This document shows positions 46,319-56,031 of a stretch of DNA of 64,000 nt, piece by piece. The position numbers were made by a program, and so were the translations under genes. The DNA is from a virus (taxonomy: Duplodnaviria; Caudoviricetes), in IMG/VR virus record IMGVR_UViG_3300028797_000013, positions 2,912-66,911 of that record; one strand, 5' to 3'. Every line of letters begins with the position of its first letter. The stretch's first letter is position 1. The notes beneath the pieces were generated by a model. That model was not told the origin of the DNA, made no database searches, and saw only the letters and a list, made by a program, of their open reading frames with translations.

Positions 46319-47182
46319 TTAGGACACAGTCACGCTGCAGAGCACGCGGACGCCGCCCACAGAGGCACTGACCAGAGCAGTGCCGGGAGCCACAGGCGTC
46401 AGCACTGCGGCGCTCACGCCGCTGGCATTGGTAGCCCCGCCGGTCACGGTCACGACGCTCTCATCACTGGATGCCCAGACAGGCTGAATGCCCTCGGTCA
46501 CAGGCGTGACGGTAGCACTCAGGGCACCGTCGGTACCGACAGTCAGAGACTTGGTATTCGCATCCAGCTCGATGTCGGTGATCAGCGTGCCATTGCCGCC
46601 GGTCAGCGCCAGAGACTGACTGGTGAACCAGTTGGCGATAACAGCCGCAGAGACAGACGGATCGTCAGTATCCACAGCGATACGCCACAGGTTGTCAGCG
46701 TCGCGCTTCAGGAAGTTGCCGGTGATAGTCGGCGTGTTCCAGTTGATGCTGTCAGATTTGGTCTGGTTGTTCTCGTCGGGCGGGCTGAACTTGCCCTTCA
46801 GATACCAGATCAGCCGGTCAGCACCATTGGACTTCTTCACGCTCATGCCGATCGCCACATAAGGCGGGATGGCCTCAGCGGAAGAACTCACGACGCCATT
46901 GGCATAGGTCTCGCCCAGCAGGAAGGCCCGATGCTGGGGCTTCAGGTCGGCGACATTCAGCTCCAGGGTCATGGCACCCAGCGTGTACGCAGAATCGTAC
47001 GGGCCGTCGTCAGCGAACAGGGTGTCATTGGCAGCATTGGGGCTGAAATTTGCCGTGATCGCACCGGCAATGCGAACCGGGGCGTTGTAGGAGAAGGTCC
47101 CGGCCTCAGCATCATCGGTGAGCATTTCGGCGTAGTGCAGGTTGGTAAGACCGATGGCCACGCCTTTGCCTTTCATTGCCAT
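46319..47182 (-). CDS. Major tail protein (phi13-like) with C-terminal Ig-like domain
   Basis: GLTNLHYA, LFADDG, W.LKGKF; LTVG...LSATVTP...VWASSDESVVTV Big_2-like domain. Confidence 0.88.
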   Translation of the reverse strand: MAMKGKGVAIGLTNLHYAEMLTDDAEAGTFSYNAPVRIAGAITANFSPNAANDTLFADDGPYDSAYTLGAMTLELNVADLKPQHRAFLLGETYANGVVSSSAEAIPPYVAIGMSVKKSNGADRLIWYLKGKFSPPDENNQTKSDSINWNTPTITGNFLKRDADNLWRIAVDTDDPSVSAAVIANWFTSQSLALTGGNGTLITDIELDANTKSLTVGTDGALSATVTPVTEGIQPVWASSDESVVTVTGGATNASGVSAAVLTPVAPGTALVSASVGGVRVLCSVTVS

Positions 47183-47199
47183 GATAGAAGTTCCTCCTT

Positions 47200-47607
47200 T
47201 TATCGTTTTGTTGTCAAAAGGGCATAAAACTCAAAGGTTTTTCTACCCTGTTGATCCTGTTCGTGAAACTGAGGCGCATCATACAAAGTAATCTGCGCTC
47301 TCGTTTCAGCAAGCTCAAGGAAGCCAGGCTGGTCACCGATGAACTCATCCTCAGTGTTATCCAGTGCCTCATAAAGCTCTTGGGCAATCTCAAACGCTGT
47401 AGTGCTGTTTGCCGCACGGGTAGCTACCCTGATTGCATGAATCCCAGCATCGATCACCGCCGGAACATCCCGACCGGTACGAACACGCTGAACTACAGAG
47501 CACTCGTTAACCTCAGCGGGCAGCTGATAGTAAAACATATCAACCCCCATCTCACGGCTGGTCTTTTCAGCAAGATACTCAGCAACCTGTACCACAACAT
47601 CCGTCAT
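47200..47607 (-). CDS. Tail terminator/neck protein
   Basis: Position just before the major tail protein gene; fold pattern consistent. Confidence 0.6.
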   Translation of the reverse strand: MTDVVVQVAEYLAEKTSREMGVDMFYYQLPAEVNECSVVQRVRTGRDVPAVIDAGIHAIRVATRAANSTTAFEIAQELYEALDNTEDEFIGDQPGFLELAETRAQITLYDAPQFHEQDQQGRKTFEFYALLTTKR

Positions 47608-47969
47608 AGCCCCATCTCCTTTATTTGTTCAATGAATGCCTCCTGCATCTTTTCTACTGCCTGTTGAGCAAGCAGCTGCATTTCAGCTTCCATCTCAACG
47701 GGATTGTCTCCCAGTCCCGACATAGTGACTGTCCCGGAGCCAGGAACATTCGTCGGAATTCCGGTGACCTCATCGAAGGACATCTTATAGCTGCCCTTGT
47801 CGCTAAGGACCTCTTTTGCTGTTACCCCAGCGGCTGACTGGACCACTGAGGCAAGCTGCTTAAAACCTGACTTGGTGACTCTGGCATTAAAGCGCCCACC
47901 AGTTGTTCTCCCTTTGGTACCTTTTGCATTGACTGTTCCTCTACGGAAACTGCCTCTGTTGTAGCCCAT
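47604..47969 (-). CDS. Neck-region hypothetical protein
   Basis: Coupled to both neighbours; HK97 gp10 position. Confidence 0.55.
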   Translation of the reverse strand: MGYNRGSFRRGTVNAKGTKGRTTGGRFNARVTKSGFKQLASVVQSAAGVTAKEVLSDKGSYKMSFDEVTGIPTNVPGSGTVTMSGLGDNPVEMEAEMQLLAQQAVEKMQEAFIEQIKEMGL

Positions 47970-48289
47970 TAGAGATACACCACCTGAACGCTAAGCTGAC
48001 CATCGTTTCCATCATAGTAACCGCCAAGCCGACGAATCTCAAACTCAGCCTTTTCACCAGGAATAATGATCCTGTCCGACTCCTCAATCTTACGCGTAGG
48101 AATCACGTACACATAAGATCTACAGGTTATCAGCTGACCATTTTTATCCTGGATAAGCTTTGAGTCATCTACAAGCAGCCCCTTAACAGTGAACCGCTCT
48201 GACTCGCCATGCTCACCTGATGGTAGCAGACGCCCCTGCCGTACGACAGTGATATCCTGCTTACACCAAGGAATCAGGGACTTATACAT
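47969..48289 (-). CDS. Head closure/stopper-like protein
   Basis: Position; beta-rich pattern, IEESDRI. Confidence 0.6.
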   Translation of the reverse strand: MYKSLIPWCKQDITVVRQGRLLPSGEHGESERFTVKGLLVDDSKLIQDKNGQLITCRSYVYVIPTRKIEESDRIIIPGEKAEFEIRRLGGYYDGNDGQLSVQVVYL

Positions 48290-48657
48290 CAGGTCTCATT
48301 TGCCATCATGCCTTTGTAGAAGATCTTTTCATAGTCATAGTCAGGCACAGGCGGTGTAGCCGTGAACACAGACAGATCCTCATACTTATCAGCCATGGCA
48401 TTAAAGTATGCCGCTCGCTCACGCGGATCCTCAGACTGAGGGCCGAGCTGCCTCTTAACATTCTTCGCTGCGAAATGGGTGGCTGCCGCGCGAAATGCTG
48501 CGGCAATCAGCTTATTCTGGTTGTCAGGATACAAAGAGATGAGATACTCATACTCGGCATCCTGCATGATAGGTTCAGCTGCATCCGTATCGCCTAACGT
48601 GAACCGAAGCAAATCTACCGCACTCTCAGTCGGATCTCCACTGTAGGTGAATGCCAT
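48289..48657 (-). CDS. Head-tail connector/adaptor
   Basis: FTYSGDP....D.LRF.LGDTD...MQD.E..YL motif. Confidence 0.7.
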   Translation of the reverse strand: MAFTYSGDPTESAVDLLRFTLGDTDAAEPIMQDAEYEYLISLYPDNQNKLIAAAFRAAATHFAAKNVKRQLGPQSEDPRERAAYFNAMADKYEDLSVFTATPPVPDYDYEKIFYKGMMANET

Positions 48658-48668
48658 AATGACACCTC

Positions 48669-48968
48669 CTAGCTACCGAACGACAACCTGACGGGTGCTA
48701 CATCCTCCTTAGAAGGCTTAGGCTGCTCTTCAGGCGCTTTCTCACCCTCACTGGGCGGGGCATCCTGCACAACAGGAGCAGCTACCACCTGCTGCACAGG
48801 CGCCCCAGAGGAAATGACCGCGGATTCAGTAGGCTCCTCAACTGCCAGAACGACCTTACGCTCAGACATGCGAAGCCTAAGAGAGCGGATCGCGGACTCA
48901 TCCACAACCTCGCCCTTCCGCAGGGTTCGGCCAAAGGACCGAAATGTGTGCAAGACGAGGTACTTCAC
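48669..48968 (-). CDS. Hypothetical head-associated protein
   Basis: AAGGAGG SD with GTG start; follows the capsid gene. Confidence 0.65.
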   Translation of the reverse strand: MKYLVLHTFRSFGRTLRKGEVVDESAIRSLRLRMSERKVVLAVEEPTESAVISSGAPVQQVVAAPVVQDAPPSEGEKAPEEQPKPSKEDVAPVRLSFGS

Positions 48969-48980
48969 GGGACGCCCTCC

Positions 48981-49964
48981 TTACACCAGGTTGTAGAAGA
49001 ACGTGCCGCAGTCCCTGGAAATGACCTTCATGTCGTAGGCCATCTCCATCTCGAACCGCTCGGTGCCCAGACCCAGCTGGTCCATCTTAATACGCACGAG
49101 ACGGTTGCCGAAGGCAGAAGCGCCCTCGAGGCCGGTCCAGGCAAAGATGTAGCCAGAGGTGGGGGCCTTCAGGGAAGGCCGGCCGGCGCAGTGGCCGAGC
49201 AGCATGGCACCCTTATAGATGAAGTTCATGTCGATCAGCGTCTCGCTGTCGGCAGGCTCCGTCATACTGGGCACCTGGGCCTCACCATTGTAGACCGCCC
49301 AAGGAACGAGGATGCGGTCGAGCTCGAACAGGCTGGCGATCAGGTCCAGCGTGACGATGCCCTTCTGCGTGTACTTGATGCGGTCGATGATGGCCTCGTG
49401 GTTCTTCAGTGCATAGAAGACATCAGGGCTGATGATCGCATAGTTGGGCTTGACAGCCGTCTCCTCAGCCATCTCCAGCATAGCGTCATTGATGTCCTTG
49501 ACAGGATCGCTGGACTGACTGGACCACTTGGCCGCTGCTTTGTCCTTGTCCCTGCCCCAGACGCCGGTCTTGAAGAACTTGCCGGCGAAGTCCAGCTCGC
49601 GTTTGAGCAGCATCTTGTGGCCAAGCCACTCGACGGTATCACGCTCGACGTCGAGGGGCTTATCGTAGTTGACCCGCTCCTCTTCGGTGATGTCGTAGTG
49701 GTAGGCATACTTGCGGCAGTAGTAAGGATCCGCAATCCGTGCGTTCCAGTTACCACCGGCGGACTCGGCACCGCGGCCACGCTCCTGAACCTCATTGCGG
49801 AAGTTGTCCGCCTTGCTGTACTCGAAGTACACATCCGACTGCTTCTGCACGCGGATGATGGGGAACGCTTTGTCGGCGATGAAGGCGTCCGCACTCTGCA
49901 TGTAGGCAACAGAGATATTGGTCAACGCACGGTCAATGTGTCCCAGGTTTCTCATTTCAGGCAT
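48981..49964 (-). CDS. Major capsid protein
   Basis: LTNISVAY, F.D.AFP...V.KQ motifs; size, position and codon bias. Confidence 0.85.
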   Translation of the reverse strand: MPEMRNLGHIDRALTNISVAYMQSADAFIADKAFPIIRVQKQSDVYFEYSKADNFRNEVQERGRGAESAGGNWNARIADPYYCRKYAYHYDITEEERVNYDKPLDVERDTVEWLGHKMLLKRELDFAGKFFKTGVWGRDKDKAAAKWSSQSSDPVKDINDAMLEMAEETAVKPNYAIISPDVFYALKNHEAIIDRIKYTQKGIVTLDLIASLFELDRILVPWAVYNGEAQVPSMTEPADSETLIDMNFIYKGAMLLGHCAGRPSLKAPTSGYIFAWTGLEGASAFGNRLVRIKMDQLGLGTERFEMEMAYDMKVISRDCGTFFYNLV

Positions 49965-49988
49965 TACCTTTTCCTCCTTCCTACCAGA

Positions 49989-50720
49989 TTAAGAAATGGT
50001 AATGGTCACTGTGATCTTGCCGGCGGCGGTCTCAGCCACGGGCGTGCCATTGGCGATGACGCCGGCACCGAAGGTCGCAGCGATCTCATTACTGTTTGCA
50101 TCAGCCAGCGTGACGCTCGTCGCACCGTCAGACTGGTTGTCAGCCGTGAAGACGACCTCGCCAACCGTGATGGTGGCGACAGACTTGCCGGTGTGCTCAG
50201 TATCATCAGCCGTAGAGACCTTGACAGCGTAGTCACTAGCCTCGAGACCGAGTGCCTGAGCCACAGTGCCCTGCATGGTCAGAGCAGTGATCTTACCATT
50301 GGCAGGAGAGCTGTCAGACCAGACAGCAGAGTAGCTGGCCGTCTTCGCCGAAGCGATGCCGGCCTCCAGGATATTAAGGCTGGTGAGTTCACCAGCAGCG
50401 GCGTCGTTCAGAGCAACGCCGATGACACCAGAAGTACCCTTGGCAGCCTTGCCGGGGTTGCCAGTGTCGATGATCAGGGTATCACCGGCCTTCACGTCCT
50501 CAGAGACGCAGACAGGGTAAGTACCCTTGACGATGGTGACCATACGGTCGGCAGCTTCGCAGCCATACTCGCAGACGCCTGCGAAGTAACCGGTGCCGGC
50601 GGCCTTCTGGTACTTACCAGAGATCCCCATCTCGACGAGATCATACTTCGCGATCTCTTCAGAAGCGTACCACGACTGACGAGTGGTGATCGCTTCGAAA
50701 GCAGTCTTCGGATTCGCCAT
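49989..50720 (-). CDS. Capsid decoration/cement protein (DUF2190-like) with extra domain
   Basis: VTIVKGT..V.....VKAGD....G.A....G..IGVAL..AAAGE motif. Confidence 0.7.
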   Translation of the reverse strand: MANPKTAFEAITTRQSWYASEEIAKYDLVEMGISGKYQKAAGTGYFAGVCEYGCEAADRMVTIVKGTYPVCVSEDVKAGDTLIIDTGNPGKAAKGTSGVIGVALNDAAAGELTSLNILEAGIASAKTASYSAVWSDSSPANGKITALTMQGTVAQALGLEASDYAVKVSTADDTEHTGKSVATITVGEVVFTADNQSDGATSVTLADANSNEIAATFGAGVIANGTPVAETAAGKITVTITIS

Positions 50721-50723
50721 CGT

Positions 50724-51470
50724 TTACACTCCTTCCGTATACTTTCTGTAGGTCTCGGGGTCCGCGCTGCACGCCTGGGTGAAGGCCTGCTCGAAGGACA
50801 GCCCGGTGTTCTGCTTCATGATCTCATGGGCGCTCTTCTCGAGCTTGCCATAGAGGTCATCAGCAGAGGTGCCCACGAACTCGGGATTGGCACTGGAGCC
50901 CTCCGGAGTATGGGTCTTGTCGAGGATCGCAGCCGCAGCCTTCTCGAGGATAGCGACCATCGCCGGGCTGGCGGTCTTCAGCACATTCTTGAGCTCGTCC
51001 TCAGCGACAGGAATCGCCTTGCACTTCTCAAAGCGCTGAGCTGCCAGCGTGTCCGCCTTATCAGCCAGCAGCTGATCGATGGTGGCCTGCTGCCGCTTAA
51101 ACAGCTCAGCCACCTCAGGGGACATACCCTTGGTCACATCCTCGGCAGGAGCCGGGGCAGCCTTTTCCAGATTCTCAACCTTGCCGTTAAGCTCAGTGAT
51201 AGTCTGGTTGAGCTTCGCAACCGCCTGCTCATGGTCCGCGGTAATCCCGGCAATGTGCTTAGTCAGAATTTCCGCCTGATCAGGCTGCAGGGCCTGCAAG
51301 AGCTCTTCGTACGTCTTGGGCATCGTAGCATTCTCCTTTCTTTTCGTCATGATTATATCAGCACGTGAATTCGCTCCTTCATTGCACAAAGCAACTGCCC
51401 TGAGCCTGAGATCCACAAGCGCTGTCGAAGGATTGGAAGGGGTAATGCGACTTGTTTTCTCAACAGACAT
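50724..51470 (-). CDS. Scaffold protein (second in-frame start at 51323)
   Basis: Coiled coil, acidic; two strong SD/ATG pairs. Confidence 0.7.
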   Translation of the reverse strand: MSVEKTSRITPSNPSTALVDLRLRAVALCNEGANSRADIIMTKRKENATMPKTYEELLQALQPDQAEILTKHIAGITADHEQAVAKLNQTITELNGKVENLEKAAPAPAEDVTKGMSPEVAELFKRQQATIDQLLADKADTLAAQRFEKCKAIPVAEDELKNVLKTASPAMVAILEKAAAAILDKTHTPEGSSANPEFVGTSADDLYGKLEKSAHEIMKQNTGLSFEQAFTQACSADPETYRKYTEGV

Positions 51471-51530
51471 ATCACACTGACCTCCTTTACATTATTATAT
51501 GGTCATGTCTGCAGATTTGTACTGGTATTC

Positions 51531-52172
51531 TTATTCAAAGGCGTATTCGCCACTCAGCATTGCGGCGCCCTCAAGAGGGATGCGAGAGGCAGAGCCTTCA
51601 ATTGAGAACATGTTGTAGGTCCCATCTACAACCTTCTTATAAACGTCAGGATCAGGGATGTAGAAGCCAACGAACCAGCCCTCAGGAATGGTACCCTCAG
51701 GGATGCCCATTGCCAGCATCTTTTCCTTGGTGAACATCATGCTTTCTACAAGCCATCCACAGTCAGAGCCCCACTCATGCTCCTGGTTAACGCCACCCTC
51801 ATGGTTGAGCACGAAGTTATAAGCTGCAGCTTCGAGCACATCCGTCTCAATGACATCACCCTGCCAATCAAACGGCGTAGTGCCATCCTCCTGAACTGTG
51901 ACGTTGGCCCAGCCGAACACCAGCTGATGAACTACCGGCTCACCAGGGTCTCCATTGAGGCCAAAGTTTCGCATGACACGATCGTACTCAGGGTCCTCAC
52001 CCCACTTACGCTCCCGTCGTACGGGAACACGCTTGGTGACTCCATCGACCTCAACCTCTTCAGTCTGAACGAGGAGCCTGAAACCAGCGAGGTCCTGCTG
52101 GAGGTCCTTATAGAGCCCTTTTCGCAGCGGCACGATATCCACTGCCTTGGTAAACAACACTTTTTCAGCCAT
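51531..52172 (-). CDS. XkdF-like putative prohead serine protease
   Basis: LVFGWANV, D.QGD, LE.AAY.F, HE, VES, GW..GF, V..G.Y.MFSIEG. Confidence 0.82.
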   Translation of the reverse strand: MAEKVLFTKAVDIVPLRKGLYKDLQQDLAGFRLLVQTEEVEVDGVTKRVPVRRERKWGEDPEYDRVMRNFGLNGDPGEPVVHQLVFGWANVTVQEDGTTPFDWQGDVIETDVLEAAAYNFVLNHEGGVNQEHEWGSDCGWLVESMMFTKEKMLAMGIPEGTIPEGWFVGFYIPDPDVYKKVVDGTYNMFSIEGSASRIPLEGAAMLSGEYAFE

Positions 52173-52177
52173 TTCAA

Positions 52178-53575
52178 TCACCTCGTCAGCTGGTCTGACT
52201 GCTTTGCATTGTTGTTGGCAGCATCCTGGAAGTCATCATTGGTTCCAAGAGCTTCACCATCCTTGGGCTGAGCAGCCATGTATTCGTTGTATTCATCCTC
52301 AGTAAGCTGCGGCGCCTGGATAAGCCCCAGCAAATAGTTGAAGAGCTTCTGGTTACGCGTAGGATCAGTCTTGAAGGACCGCAGGATGAGTGCCACATCA
52401 GAGGCAGACGGCTGTTTGAGATCATCTACCACAATGCTGGGGAACTGCTCGAGCGTCCAATTGTTCAGGGCAAAGAGCGTAGGTACTGCCTGGTCATTGA
52501 GAATACTTGCAATCGAGTTACAGATCGTCTGCAGGCTACCAATGAGGGTTCCCTGCTTTGTCTCAGCAAGAGAGAAGCTACCGGTGGAGTCAGCACCGAT
52601 CAGGATAAGATCACTAAGCATAGAGCTTGCAATGCGATACTCATGACGCCGAATGATCTTATCGGTGTCAATCCCAGTTCCACGCCCCTCAATGCCCATG
52701 AGCGTCAGCTTCCAATCAGTGTTCGGAAGCACAACACCATGGTTCATATCTTGCCGCAAGTCCTGAACAAGCTCCTGGGACCATGCGAGCATAGCTACCA
52801 TCTGCTCATTGTCCTGATCGAACAGGTTGATGGTGGGAGGCGGCGAGAGTACAGGAATACCAGCAAGACCACGCTCTACACCGATGCCTTCAAGCTCTTC
52901 GATATAGCGCTTGAAATACCAGGAGCGGTATGCTCTACGCAGAATGCTCCAGCCCTCAGGATTGCCACGGTTCGCGCGCGTCACAAACAACAGGTTCCCA
53001 TCGATAGGAATATCCTTAGTCTGTGCGTTGAGACCTACGAGGCCAGGATCCTGCCGGAAAGCCTGGATCACACCAGTGTCCTCATCAGCTACCCATTCAT
53101 CAAGCGATGCCTGCGACCTAATCGGAAGTCCCTGCCAACCGATCCGACCGTCCGTATACTTTGACCAGAACTTGCTGTCACGCTCCTGAGGTCCTCTACG
53201 TGTCTTATAGACAATCTCATGAAAGCTGAAGCCATAGATCAACATCGACAGGGCATCGCAGATAAAGGAATCCCAGGGCTGGCCCCGCATATCATGCATA
53301 CAGGATTCCAGGAACTCCGCTGCCTCAATGTCGCCAGCTTCCTGCGATGCCGGTCTAACATGCCAGTTAGCTCTGCGGGCCATCGTCTCAATGAGATAAA
53401 GGCAGCCCCCTACTACAGCATCATTTGACGACATTTCCTGGTACACCTTACCAGCATCAGGCCACTGAAGCTCATCCAGGAACTCTTCTTCGACCTGTCC
53501 AGAGCTAAGCTTCAGGCCACCGACGCCCATAGGTGCCATCTGTGCCTTCAAACGCGCTGCTTTTCTAATAGGCAT
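52178..53575 (-). CDS. Portal protein (DUF935/Mu gp29-like)
   Basis: L.YGFSFHEIVYK, NPEG.SILR.AYR.W..K, GSFSLAE motifs; follows TerL. Confidence 0.85.
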   Translation of the reverse strand: MPIRKAARLKAQMAPMGVGGLKLSSGQVEEEFLDELQWPDAGKVYQEMSSNDAVVGGCLYLIETMARRANWHVRPASQEAGDIEAAEFLESCMHDMRGQPWDSFICDALSMLIYGFSFHEIVYKTRRGPQERDSKFWSKYTDGRIGWQGLPIRSQASLDEWVADEDTGVIQAFRQDPGLVGLNAQTKDIPIDGNLLFVTRANRGNPEGWSILRRAYRSWYFKRYIEELEGIGVERGLAGIPVLSPPPTINLFDQDNEQMVAMLAWSQELVQDLRQDMNHGVVLPNTDWKLTLMGIEGRGTGIDTDKIIRRHEYRIASSMLSDLILIGADSTGSFSLAETKQGTLIGSLQTICNSIASILNDQAVPTLFALNNWTLEQFPSIVVDDLKQPSASDVALILRSFKTDPTRNQKLFNYLLGLIQAPQLTEDEYNEYMAAQPKDGEALGTNDDFQDAANNNAKQSDQLTR

Positions 53576-53593
53576 TGCTTTTCCTCCTTTCTT

Positions 53594-55495
53594 TTACCGG
53601 TATCTACCGGACATGTTTTTATGCCAGTACGAGCCAGTAGAGCCCGTGCGTACAGCCACAGCTGGTTCTCCGCGATCTACACGCACCTTATACTCTCTGG
53701 CGCGAGGCGGAGGTGAATAGTTGGTATTAGACGGCTTGAAATAGGAAAATGCACCAGAGAAACCATCTACAAGGTCATCCTTGATGCCATTCGGGAAGGC
53801 ACTAAGCTGTGCAAAGAAATCCGTAACGTTTCTACATGTGCTAACAAGGAATACGCAGCCAGTTTGGCAGGCCGCTGCAGCCGGTCGTGCTCTTTCTGCT
53901 TTACTACCTGATGGCTTAACACCCGCAAAGTCAAAGCCTTGGAGGATATAGCGCGCATACCGCTCTGTATTTGCCATACCAGCACTACCCGGCTCTTCCT
54001 CCATGCGTATTGCACAACTATGACCATCAGCTACTGCAGTCTGATAAACAATCTTTTCAGTATCACCGGGTGCCTTCTGGAACTGCAGAATGTCTGCAAT
54101 ATAGTAGTTTCCTTGATAGAACCCCAGCTTAAAACCCACCGTGTAGTCAGGATTGCGCGTATTATTCTTATTTTTGCGATGTTTCGGGTCTACAGCAGCA
54201 AGATCCCAAAACCTAACCCACCGCACTCCTGACGGCACCTCAAGCACATTGATGGAAATGATCCACGAAGTGTCAAAAAGGTCTCCGGTAGGCCTGATTT
54301 CCCAGTTTCCGTTCTCAAGCTGCTCCCTAGTGATAGGATCAAGCTCTGCAAGAGCCTCCAGATACGATTCACGGTCCAAATGTGGGTTATCTTTGAGCCC
54401 AGAAGGCAAGAAAAATCGTTTCTTATTGCCCTCTTCATCAAGATTATCTACAAAGAACCGATCGTAATAATAGTCACCATAGGTGCCACCAGGGTTAGCT
54501 GTTGCCCTAAATCGGAGCGGAAAATCAAGGTCTTTTGTCTTACGAAGACGAGAAAAGAGGTATCTATAGCTCTCAGGACTGATATGAGTGCACTCGTCCA
54601 TCCCGATGAAGCTAAATTCAGCACCTTGATACCTCAAATGATCGTCTTTGTTATCCAGATAACCGAAAGTAAGTGTTGCACCAGACTCTTTGAAGGTGTA
54701 ACGCTTGTCTTTGTCGGCCCAATGGACTTCTCCAGAGTCCAAATAAGGTCCCAACCACTCCTTGGACATAGGAATCAGCGCCCCAGGAAGCATTAGGTCA
54801 GAGAATGTCTTACGAAACAGGATCGCGGCGTAGCCTTTACGATCTACATACTGCAACGCGGCAGCAAGCAGAAACACAGAGTTATGTGTAGGGATCATAT
54901 CCTTGGTCACAGAATACATATGGGACATGGAATCTACTGATATGCACTGGACAGGGACCGGATCAACCTTCTCCACAGCCTTTATATGATGCTTGGTTAC
55001 GACCCCGTCTTTAACACTCTGGATAAATGTCACCCTGTGGAGCTTCTCATAGACCTCCCACATCTTCTCAGTTGTGATGTGGAGCTCCTCATAGCGATCC
55101 GGGCGTGTCGAGATGACCCACTCGTGGTCTGCGTCAGCCACAACCGAAGCCTCATTCAAGAAGTCTACCCTGTAGCACTCGTGGTCAGTGTACACAGGCC
55201 CCTTTGCAGTCACCTCACAAGGCCTTCCAAAGTCATCATAGACCAGATCACCTACCTGGATAGTCTCCATGGTCTGCATGCCGCGCTCTACTGTAGGTAT
55301 CGGAGTATCTAAAGCCAGGGCTTTACCACCGCCTGCAGCTCCACCATAGAGAAGCTCCTTTACATTGTCCATAAGAAGAGCCGCTGTCTGCTTCGGAGTA
55401 GGCTGAATCGGGATATACTTCGTCCATTTGGGCGTCAGGGCCATCTGAAGCCTAGACAGGTCTTGATCGCTGAGCTTATCAAAACCTACAGCCAT
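53594..55495 (-). CDS. terL: Terminase large subunit, intein-containing
   Basis: YGGAAGGGK Walker A; FIGMDE Walker B; ATANPGG; RFWDLAA; DD.VD nuclease; start moved to MAVGF. Confidence 0.93.
   Translation of the reverse strand: MAVGFDKLSDQDLSRLQMALTPKWTKYIPIQPTPKQTAALLMDNVKELLYGGAAGGGKALALDTPIPTVERGMQTMETIQVGDLVYDDFGRPCEVTAKGPVYTDHECYRVDFLNEASVVADADHEWVISTRPDRYEELHITTEKMWEVYEKLHRVTFIQSVKDGVVTKHHIKAVEKVDPVPVQCISVDSMSHMYSVTKDMIPTHNSVFLLAAALQYVDRKGYAAILFRKTFSDLMLPGALIPMSKEWLGPYLDSGEVHWADKDKRYTFKESGATLTFGYLDNKDDHLRYQGAEFSFIGMDECTHISPESYRYLFSRLRKTKDLDFPLRFRATANPGGTYGDYYYDRFFVDNLDEEGNKKRFFLPSGLKDNPHLDRESYLEALAELDPITREQLENGNWEIRPTGDLFDTSWIISINVLEVPSGVRWVRFWDLAAVDPKHRKNKNNTRNPDYTVGFKLGFYQGNYYIADILQFQKAPGDTEKIVYQTAVADGHSCAIRMEEEPGSAGMANTERYARYILQGFDFAGVKPSGSKAERARPAAAACQTGCVFLVSTCRNVTDFFAQLSAFPNGIKDDLVDGFSGAFSYFKPSNTNYSPPPRAREYKVRVDRGEPAVAVRTGSTGSYWHKNMSGRYR
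54881..55321 (-). mobile_element. Class-3-type mini-intein (147 aa, no homing endonuclease) in TerL
   Basis: Starts ALALDTPIPT right after the Walker A Lys; block B ADADHEW; block F VQCISVD; ends IPTHN/S. Confidence 0.9.
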
Positions 55496-56031
55496 CAGAA
55501 TCCCTCCTCCAATGAAGCGTCTACACCTATCCACTGGATGATTCGTTGTGCACGCTCTTTATCATAGAACGGCTGCACCAAGAACCACTTAAAGATAGGC
55601 TTATTCCCGCGCCCACGGTTACACTTCCTGCAGGCAGGCCCAATGTTATGTCGCGTGGTTTTGCCTCCTCGTGATAACGGTACGAAGTGCTCTCTATCGA
55701 ACCGGGCGTCTTTGGCACGCCCCTCGGATCTACCACAGTAGCAGCAGACACCTCTGAAATGCAACAAAGCAGCCTGCCAGTCCTCGTTCGTATAGTCTAC
55801 TGCCTCCATGCCGCGCAGCTTCTCTTTGCTCACAAACTTACCTGTTTTAGGTGCCTGCCGCTTAGCCCTACGCTTAATCAATGTACACTCCTTACACTGT
55901 CCAGTCGGCTGGTTCGTATAGGCCGCCCTATAGAACTCACTGATCGGGAGCTCACGACCACAGCAGCTACACACCTGGGTAGGGATCTCGAAGTGCAGCC
56001 TCACATTAGATGTCAATGCTGTCTGGCTCAC
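55495..56031 (-). CDS. HNH endonuclease with N-terminal zinc finger
   Basis: CCYCG...DREHFVPLSRGG....N.GPACRKCN; between terS and terL. Confidence 0.88.
   Translation of the reverse strand: MSQTALTSNVRLHFEIPTQVCSCCGRELPISEFYRAAYTNQPTGQCKECTLIKRRAKRQAPKTGKFVSKEKLRGMEAVDYTNEDWQAALLHFRGVCCYCGRSEGRAKDARFDREHFVPLSRGGKTTRHNIGPACRKCNRGRGNKPIFKWFLVQPFYDKERAQRIIQWIGVDASLEEGF

Noticed and set aside
35742-47227. Plus-strand ORFs opposite the TMP and major tail genes (35742..37019, 42366..43265, 46205..47227)
   Set aside because: Antisense shadows with Cys/Ser-rich composition typical of reverse frames
48948-51368. 806-aa plus-strand ORF
   Set aside because: In codon register with three same-frame minus-strand head genes whose biased codons avoid TTA/CTA/TCA; no SD or recognisable motif; shadow ORF
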